This document shows positions 19,306 through 26,446 of a DNA stretch of 34,857 nt, piece after piece (within the stretch, counting starts at the first letter, position 1; each line of letters opens with the position of its first letter). Both the position numbers and the translations under genes were made by a program. The stretch spans positions 202,266 to 237,122 of the forward strand of contig KB303236.1 in assembly GCA_000328365.1 (NCBI GenBank), written 5' to 3'. The notes below the pieces were generated by a model. That model was not told where the DNA came from and ran no database searches. It saw only the letters and a list, made by a program, of their open reading frames with translations. The stretch is from Capitella teleta (taxonomy: Eukaryota).

Positions 19306-20516
19306 GGAAGTGCCTTATGGCAATAGCAGCAGGTAGCTGAAGAGTGCAAAAGGTGTGCTGCGCATGCCCAAGGTGATCTGTCAATGAGTCAAACTGTGAT
19401 GTAGCGATGATGATCAGGTAGCGAGCTGATGAAATGAAGAGTAGCGCAATGTGCAGCACGTCAGCAAGCATGGCTGAAAGATTCTCAGTGGGAATTGTCT
19501 TGGCAAAGTCTGGTTTGATGGCTGAGAGCTGGTTTCTTTCGTGTTCTGTCGCCGATGCTAACGCAGAGAAGCATCCTGCGCCGGAGCCAAAGTCAGGGTC
19601 ACCATTATAACGAAGTAAGGCACGCTATAAGAGGTTCGTTTTGATCTGTTTTAAGGTGAACCTTAGTTTTCTTTGGAGAAAAAAGAAAAGTCGTGTCTTT
19701 TAGAATTATGTAGAACCTAGTGAAATCCACTGATATATTTAGAAATGTTTTGATTTGATTTGGCGATAAACTTGCCTGCTTTTTCACGGCTTCCAGCTGC
19801 TCAGCGCTGAGCAACGACTGCGCACTGTGAGGTGACCTTATTAATTAAAAAAAGGCAATATTTCTGGGAATATTTGCCATAAAATGACTGGTAAAAGGCC
19901 TGAAATACACGATACGAGGCTTCTCCAACTATATACGATTTTGTTTTCTGAATTTAGCCCGCCCCTTCACTAAAAAACCCTGTTTGTAATCAAAAGTCAG
20001 ATTCCTCATGTAGGGAAAGATAGAGATTTGCAAGCAGATTGTACCACCGTTGACGCGCTCCATAAATGGCAACTCCTCCGCGATACTGTTTGGAGCGCCT
20101 TTTACACACTTTTCACCGTAAAAAGTTTTTTCACATGCATTATATATTTGTATTGTTGTTGTGTAGATTATCATTATGCTTAGCATGTAATATGTATCAT
20201 GGTAACACCAGCCCTTTAATGAGAATATTGAAATGGGTCGTATTTCAAAATGCACTCAGCTTCAATCATAACGTCTTAAGGAAGACTTCACAGCGTTATA
20301 TGGGATATAGGAATTAGTAATTGCAGTATTTATTGAATTCCCTGATTGTGTTACTTTGATCGGCTGGGCTCATCTTCCTAGCATGGCCTGTTATCATTAT
20401 CCTGTCTATAATAATGGGCAACGATTTTAAGCCTAACAGTTTGCGTCCTTATTATGATAGTCTGACGCGAGCGGCTGCAGGTTTTCAGTTCTTCTCCTCT
20501 GAAACTGACCTTCAAC

Positions 20517-20543
20517 ATGGCGGCTCCCAGGATCACTGGAGTG
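20517..20543 (+). CDS. ATP5PO: Probable ATP5PO exon 1 (MAAPRITGV), with Kozak caacATGG and donor gtaaga.
   Basis: It splices in frame (phase 0) to the strong acceptor tgctgtttcttcag|GTTAGG at 22353. It reproduces the human N-terminus MAAPAVSGLSRQ. The intervening 1.8 kb contains SINE-related fragments. The alternative is an intronless in-frame ATG at 22305. Confidence 0.55.
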
Positions 20544-23108
20544 GTAAGAGAAAAGTCCTTATTATGCACTATGAGCACCGGAAATATTCACCAAATTCAT
20601 GGGCATAGATGTATCCTTTAATTTGTAATTGTGTTTTGCCCTTTGAAAATCATTATCGTTCTCTTATGCTGCTCAGCCTGTAACTGAATGACACCCCGTG
20701 GCCTGGGTGACTGGGTCGGTCGTTTAGCAGTCATACTCATACTATGATATATGCTAATATAATGATACTCATGATAGTATGATAGTGAGTGAGTGATTCC
20801 CAGTGACTGTCGCAGCGATTTTCTTTAGACACAACACACTCCCATGTTGACCAATAGGAAATCACTGCTTAGCAGCGAACACCCCGAAACGCCAACAGCA
20901 AACAGTGAAACACCCCCCTCAAGAATAAAACATTAAAATAATAAATTTAAATTAATTTTACATGATTAACATTTTATCATGAAACAAGAAATAAATTATG
21001 CATGTGAGCAGGCTATTAACTACATTGCTTAGTGGGTGTATATCACTGTGACTGTAATTATGCATTTGAGTGGTCTCATTTGAGTGTTTGCTGGCAGTAC
21101 CAACGGATTGCTGAAATCAGTGTTTGAAAAATCGGAAGGTGCTTAGAAAGAAATGAATGCATGATTGCATGTGTACAGCCTTTCATCTTGCTATAGTAAC
21201 ATGCATGAATTGTATATATGTATTACATTGAAATTGTAGCATTATATGCACTGGTCATGATGATAGAGATATGCACCACAAGCGACGAGGCCGTGAGGCC
21301 GTCTTCTGCAGATCCTAGGGGCGTTTGGTCTATTCATTCATCATTGCTAAATCACGCTCCGATATCATTAAAAAAGAGGAATTCATGCCACATAAATCAT
21401 TTTTGGAATATGTATTTTTTTTCTGATTAAGGTCCAGAATGGGTCAGAATATATATTTAGGGGCAAAAGAAACGCAATTCTTTGGTTATAACACCACAAT
21501 TGTGTCTTATGTCTTGCATAGACATGAATTTTCATTTGTAAAACCACTTGCGCGCATATTACTGAAATTTATAAAGAACACAAATGGAATTAAGTAATTA
21601 ACCCGGTTTAATTGGAGGTGCAATGGTCAATGGGTCAAAATATAAATGTTTGATTTTCATGGTCAGATAATCCCTGTCTTCTGACTCAAACGCCAATAAC
21701 AAAAGGGAGGAATTTTGGACTCAATTTCTCAATGAGATTCTCAACCCTGCCCTGTGCGATGTTGTTGCAGCCTTGAATCAGCTGCGAAAGAAAATCAATT
21801 TTTGATCGCGAACGGTTTGAAAATGAAGAGAATAGACTTGTGCATCATGTAGAATATTCTTGTAGACTCCAACTTGGATGAATTAATTATTCAATATCGT
21901 TGCGTTTCTTTTGCACCTCGGTATACATGCAGGTCAAATGGGTGCATCATGAGCCTGATTGTTCTGATAGTGAATTCGGTTTGTTTGCATTCTGATTGCG
22001 AGGGGTGACTGTAGACTCGTTTCTGCTTGCTCTGTAAATCCAGCACAACACTCACTCAATCCTTATGGAATGATGACACCTTTAGATATTTGCTCCTCAA
22101 TCCACGAGAGATCTGAAATATTGCATACACACAAGCACCAATATTTCCGAGTCCTGTTCACGCATCATCATTCATTTTGCACCATTTTTAGGTTATATTA
22201 GAACCACTCTCACAGTGACAGATGCCAACACTTCTCCTCTTGTCTCTGGCTACACGCAACGTCGATCGCTCTGTTATGTAACGGCTCAATAATCACTGTG
22301 CTGAATGTCTCGTACATCTACTGCACTAATACGCTGTGTGCTGTTTCTTCAGGTTAGGCAATTGAGCACCAGTGCATCCAGAAGCCACTTGGTGCAGGTG
22401 AGTGCCCTGCTTCCTTGATGAATCTCTCTGATCATGCGTCGTTGTTGCAGGCTCCCATTCAGCTGTTTGGCGTGGAGGGTCGCTATGCTCATGCGCTGTA
22501 CTCGGCTGCCACCAAGCAGAAGAGCTTGCAGTCGGTCGAGAAGGAGCTCAACTCATTCAAGGACATTCTCAAGGTCGACACTAAGTTCAACCAGTTTGTG
22601 AAGGACCCTACGATTAAGCGTGGAACCAAATCGGAAGTGCTTTTGGCTTCGCTGCAGAAGCAGAAGTTCTCTCCCATCACAACCAACTTCCTTTGTACGT
22701 ACTCAACATGCAGCGAGCGTTTTCACATGTCGTTGCTTCAGGTGCCATGGCAGAGAACGGACGTCTCGGCAAAGTGACAGGCATCATTTCCGCTTTTGAT
22801 CAGATCATGGCTGCGTTCAGAGGAGACGTCATCTGCTCCGTGACAACCGCCAAAGCCATGGACGCCAAGACGCAGAAGGATGTCGAGGCCACCGTCAAGT
22901 TGTTCCTCAAGAAAGGAGAGAACCTGCTGCTCACCTCCAAGGTTAATTAGTGCTACTGTTGCTGCTGAATTGTCTTAATGTTGGGTTTCCGCAGGTGGAC
23001 CCAGCGCTTATTGGCGGCATGGTGGTCGAGATTGGAGACCGATTTGTCGATCTCTCGATCGCTTCCAAGGTGAAGAAATACAGCTCTGTCATCACCGAAG
23101 CCATCTGA
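20517..23108 (+). CDS. ATP5PO: ATP synthase subunit O (OSCP), mitochondrial. This is the gene span with 5 coding exons.
   Basis: The spliced product is MAAPRITGV|VRQLSTSASRSHLVQ|APIQLFGVEGRYAHALYSAATKQ...TTNFL|C-AMAENGRLGKVTGIISAFDQIMAAFRGDVICSVTTAKAMDAKTQKD...LLLTSKV|DPALIGGMVVEIGDRFVDLSIASKVKKYSSVITEAI*. It is about 209 aa. It is collinear with human ATP5PO. Confidence 0.85.
20690..20900 (+). repeat. SINE-tail-related fragments (GATAGTGAGTGAGTGATTCC, AACACCCCGAAAC) inside ATP5PO intron 1.
   Basis: It shares the AACACCCCGAAAC and TGAGTGAGTGA motifs with the 30.9k SINE tail. Confidence 0.35.
22353..22397 (+). CDS. ATP5PO: ATP5PO presequence exon (VRQLSTSASRSHLVQ). The donor is gtgagt.
   Basis: It has the mitochondrial targeting pattern R-x-x-S-T-S. 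Its frame is continuous with the next exon. Confidence 0.8.
22451..22694 (+). CDS. ATP5PO: ATP5PO exon (APIQLFGVEGRYAHALYSAATKQKSLQSVEKELNSF...KFSPITTNFL).
   Basis: The acceptor is gttgttgcag and the donor is gtacgt. A 53-bp intron precedes it. Confidence 0.9.
22742..22941 (+). CDS. ATP5PO: ATP5PO exon (AMAENGRLGKVTGIISAFDQIMAAFRGDVICSVTTAKAM...LLTSK).
   Basis: The acceptor is ttgcttcag and the donor is gttaat. A 47-bp intron precedes it. Confidence 0.9.
22995..23108 (+). CDS. ATP5PO: ATP5PO terminal exon (VDPALIGGMVVEIGDRFVDLSIASKVKKYSSVITEAI*).
   Basis: The acceptor is tttccgcag. The stop TGA is at 23106-23108. An AATAAA signal lies at 23164-23169. Confidence 0.9.
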   Translation: MDPALIGGMVVEIGDRFVDLSIASKVKKYSSVITEAI

Positions 23109-23163
23109 AGGACTTTTTTTTCTTTTTTTTTGATCGATGTATGCTGCTTGCAACTGAAGCAGG

Positions 23164-23169
23164 AATAAA
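23164..23169 (+). other. AATAAA polyadenylation signal for ATP5PO.
   Basis: The AATAAA lies 56 nt after the stop codon. Confidence 0.5.
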
Positions 23170-23326
23170 TGGTTGATAATTATTATCGTCTTCTCAATCC
23201 AATTTGCTTCTCAGTGCAAAATGCAGTGTTTTGGGAGTTCAATCTTGTTTTTGTTATTTGAATTATCTTCTGCGAGTGCGATAAAAGAGAACTCATCTTT
23301 TTGATGTGATTGAATTGTCTGAAGGT

Positions 23327-23709
23327 TTTTGAGGATTCGTTATGATGCATAATTTTATTGTGACTTTCAATATGACTGAAGTGCCTGTAATCTCAGATTA
23401 CCGGTAGACATTAACAGTCATCTTGTATATAATTGACCACAGTCATCCACCTTGGAAGTACTGTAGGTCTCAATTGTCCACGTGAAATTATATCTCGAGG
23501 GAAGTCTAAGCTAGTGGCCTCTGCAAATCTTCTATTAGCTAGGTTTGGAATTTACTGTTTAAAAGTGTTGTTTATTTAATTCTTTTTGCACTTTCTTTTA
23601 CGGTGCCGTTTTATGGCGACTCGATTTACCTTCACTTTATGAATTCCATGTTGCTTGGCGGAAAATTGTCCGTAGAAATTGGCCAATTCCGACTAAGACA
23701 AAAACAAGA
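23327..23709 (+). repeat. 384-bp dispersed repeat, copy 2. It lies between the ATP5PO 3' end and tRNA-Gly, 80 bp upstream of the tRNA.
   Basis: It is near-identical to 12324-12707 and in the same orientation. Confidence 0.8.
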
Positions 23710-23788
23710 CCAGCTTCTATTTCCCAATTCTGGTAATCGTCCTCTGCGTTGGGAATTTAAAAGGCAACGAGCAAGGTGAATACCATGT

Positions 23789-23859
23789 GCATCGGTGGTT
23801 CAGTGGTAGAATGCTCGCCTGCCACGCGGGCGGCCCGGGTTCGATTCCCGGCCGATGCA
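23789..23859 (+). tRNA. tRNA-Gly (anticodon GCC), 71 nt.
   Basis: GCATCGGTGGTTCAGTGGTAGAATGCTCGCCTGCCACGCGGGCGGCCCGGGTTCGATTCCCGGCCGATGCA is nearly identical to canonical eukaryotic tRNA-Gly-GCC. A and B boxes are present. Downstream T-runs are present. Confidence 0.95.
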
Positions 23860-24008
23860 ACTTTCTTTATTGCTCTTTCTTATGCACCGGAAATTAGCCT
23901 AATTCATTTATTACAATTGGTTCACGTATTAATATATTATTCATTACTTTTATTTATGGAAAAAAAAGAACTAAATAATATTTTTTTCATAAAGGGTAAA
24001 ATATAAGC

Positions 24009-24080
24009 CTCCCAGTCGGGGAATTGAACCCCGGTCTTCCGCGTGACAGGCGGGGATACTCACCACTATACTAACTAGGA
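24009..24080 (-). tRNA. tRNA-Asp (anticodon GUC), 72 nt.
   Basis: The reverse complement reads TCCTAGTTAGTATAGTGGTGAGTATCCCCGCCTGTCACGCGGAAGACCGGGGTTCAATTCCCCGACTGGGAG. It matches canonical tRNA-Asp-GTC with compensated stem changes. Confidence 0.93.
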
Positions 24081-26182
24081 ATAGCTGTACGGATTAATAA
24101 AAACAACCATGAATCTATAATAGACAGAAATAATTAAAAACAGAATGAATGAGTATGTGGTGGCACTGCACTTCTGGCAGAATGAATCTCATATTGCTCA
24201 TAATGCCTCAACATGTATAAATTAGTAAATTGATCAAAAAGAGAATAGCCTTTAATTAATTATTATGTTTCTCAACACTCATTTGTTGAGTCCGAGTATG
24301 ATTATTTTGATAAATTAGTTATTATTATTTTATAACTCTGTATGTTATGTATTTTGCATTAGGTTGCACAGGTTGCAACGATCGCTTGGACTGAGTGATT
24401 GATGTTGGTTCGGGGAAGGCAGAGAGGGGGGGGGGTTAATTAAATGTCCAAAATGGTTGGCACCGCAGTTCGTAAATTTCAGGTCACAAGGAGTTCTTTT
24501 GATGGCCAGTTGGTGGATTTCTGAGGTCAGCTCAGAAGTCTGGTGTTGCTGCAGCGAAAAGCTCTCGCATGACTTTGTGGCCGCATACCTGGACATGCTG
24601 TTTATATGGAATGGCTGCGTGTGCCGTCTCTGGCCGGGTAGGCATCGATGCGATGCTCTTGCATTCCTAGCATGCGAACCGTGGTTTAATTGCTGGAATG
24701 CTTCAATTTTTGAAAGGGCGTGCCTGCAACGTGTGAGAAGCAGCTCTGCTCCATAACTGCCCAAACAGTTCTCTTGCATAGCGAGAGAAGTTGTTCATTG
24801 TGGCTGCATCTTCACCAATCTAACTTTGGCTAAGCAGGCCCAGCACATCTTTGAAGTGTTCATCAACTTCATCCATCTTTAGTTTGGGCTTTTGGAGTCC
24901 ACTAGATTCCCACTGGGCGTTTGTTTCTAGCACGGGTTGTTCTTGGACCCTTCACATTTCTTTTGGGTGCTTGCAGTGAGTCCCTCCACCCCCATCCCAC
25001 CCCCTCCAAATCTTCTTCGTCATCGAAGTCGTCTTAGAAGCCAGGCATGACCCAAGGCAGCTCATCTGTGCGTTGAGGGCCAACTCCATCGAGTGATGAA
25101 ACCGCTCCACCAAACCATTGGATTGAGGAGGCTATGGTGGAAAGCGGCACCAAACGAGGCTGTAAGGGATGTGAAGAGCACTGAAATGGCGCTCAATCAC
25201 TCCTGATGTGCAGCAACCCAACCACCGATTAAGTAGCGCCAGGCATTTTGGAATACTTCCGATCATCTCGTAGAGTAGTCGATCACGGTGAGCACAACCC
25301 TAAGAAGACTACAACAGACAGATGAGGATGCGAGGGTGATGATGCACCTTGGACAATTGACACCAGATTGTAAATGTCGTGTAGTGAGTCAAACAGCCGA
25401 TCCTTAAATATGCATGGCTGGTTACGTCACACATATTTAATCCCTAATTGCACAAAATGTGAGAACGCATTTAATGCCACATAATATTCATGCTGGGTCA
25501 CCAAATGTTACTGCTATGTTGAGACAGTAAGTTTATATTTAGACTGTTCAACTCTTGTCAATTTCTGTTTTATCACATAACGGGCAGCAAGTCATGCAAG
25601 TTTATAGATCGAAGCATGTTCCAGACAGATAATTGTGAGTTGTTGCCAATGCCATTCTTTAATTATGGTTTTCTTCATACTTCTATAGTTGAAGCATCTT
25701 CATCATCTTCATGTTCATCCACATCATCATCAGCTATTTCATCAATGAACGAGATGCAACAGTTGATGAAATGATAATTGAAAGGTGCGTAAATGCATTA
25801 TTTATTTTGTAAATTGCTGTCACGGTCATTGCTTTTATATGAAACGAAGTTGAGGAGCCTAATGTTGCTTGGTTAATCTGATGGCTGTGGGTGTCACATA
25901 CAAACATTAAATGAGAGTGTTCTACAGTTCTGTGGAATGTTTACCTAAAATAAATAGACCTACTCGGGTGTGTGCTATAATTATATCTCATCAGTAGGCC
26001 TATAATCCTCCATTTTCACGGAAGTCTTATTTCTTTGTTCTACTGACAGTTTTGTTTTCTTTAAAATTATTTCCATTTCTGCTTATCATCTTATACTCAC
26101 TAATACTGTGGATATAAATTATACCAAACTGAATTCCACAAATCCCACAGACACTTCATGAATCATATAAAAACATGGATTC

Positions 26183-26188
26183 TTTATT
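26183..26188 (-). other. AATAAA polyadenylation signal for the chitinase gene (reverse complement).
   Basis: It lies 67 nt downstream of the stop on the minus strand. Confidence 0.45.
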
Positions 26189-26254
26189 TTCGAGGCAAAA
26201 ATCAACCAAGCCAAGCTTGAGCAAGAACTGTGGCCCCGGCTATGGGCGCATTTG

Positions 26255-26446
26255 TCAGTCAGATGTACCATCCGACGATGTCGTGAATTCGGGTTGTTCT
26301 ACCGTTGAGAGGGAAGCGTTGTATTCCATGTTGAGTGTGGTTAACAGTGGATAAGGACCCTGGTCACAAAATGATCCACTGAAGTCGTCCAGATCCAATG
26401 CCCACACCATGACCCCCATAAGCCCCTCCTCGTGCACCCACTCCAC
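26255..26446 (-). CDS. Chitinase exon 8 (VEWVHEEGLMGVMVWALDLDDFSGSFCDQGPYPLLTTLNMEYNASLSTVEQPEFTTSSDGTSD*).
   Basis: The acceptor is catcgacag. The stop TGA is at 26257-26255. No chitin-binding domain is encoded. The first codon is GTG (Val); the track shows M because it allows GTG starts. Confidence 0.75.
   Translation of the reverse strand: MEWVHEEGLMGVMVWALDLDDFSGSFCDQGPYPLLTTLNMEYNASLSTVEQPEFTTSSDGTSD

Noticed and set aside
19244-19471. A 75-aa minus-strand ORF ending in PGPDPGGGGATWPQPP.
   Set aside because: It overlaps the hAT right TIR and poly-C/G run. It is a low-complexity chance ORF.
19440-19620. A possible coding exon ending in a gtaagg donor (MKSSAMCSTSASMAERFSVGIVLAKSGLMAESWFLS...).
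   Set aside because: The ORF is short, has no homology and no partner exons. It could be UTR or non-coding. There is insufficient evidence.
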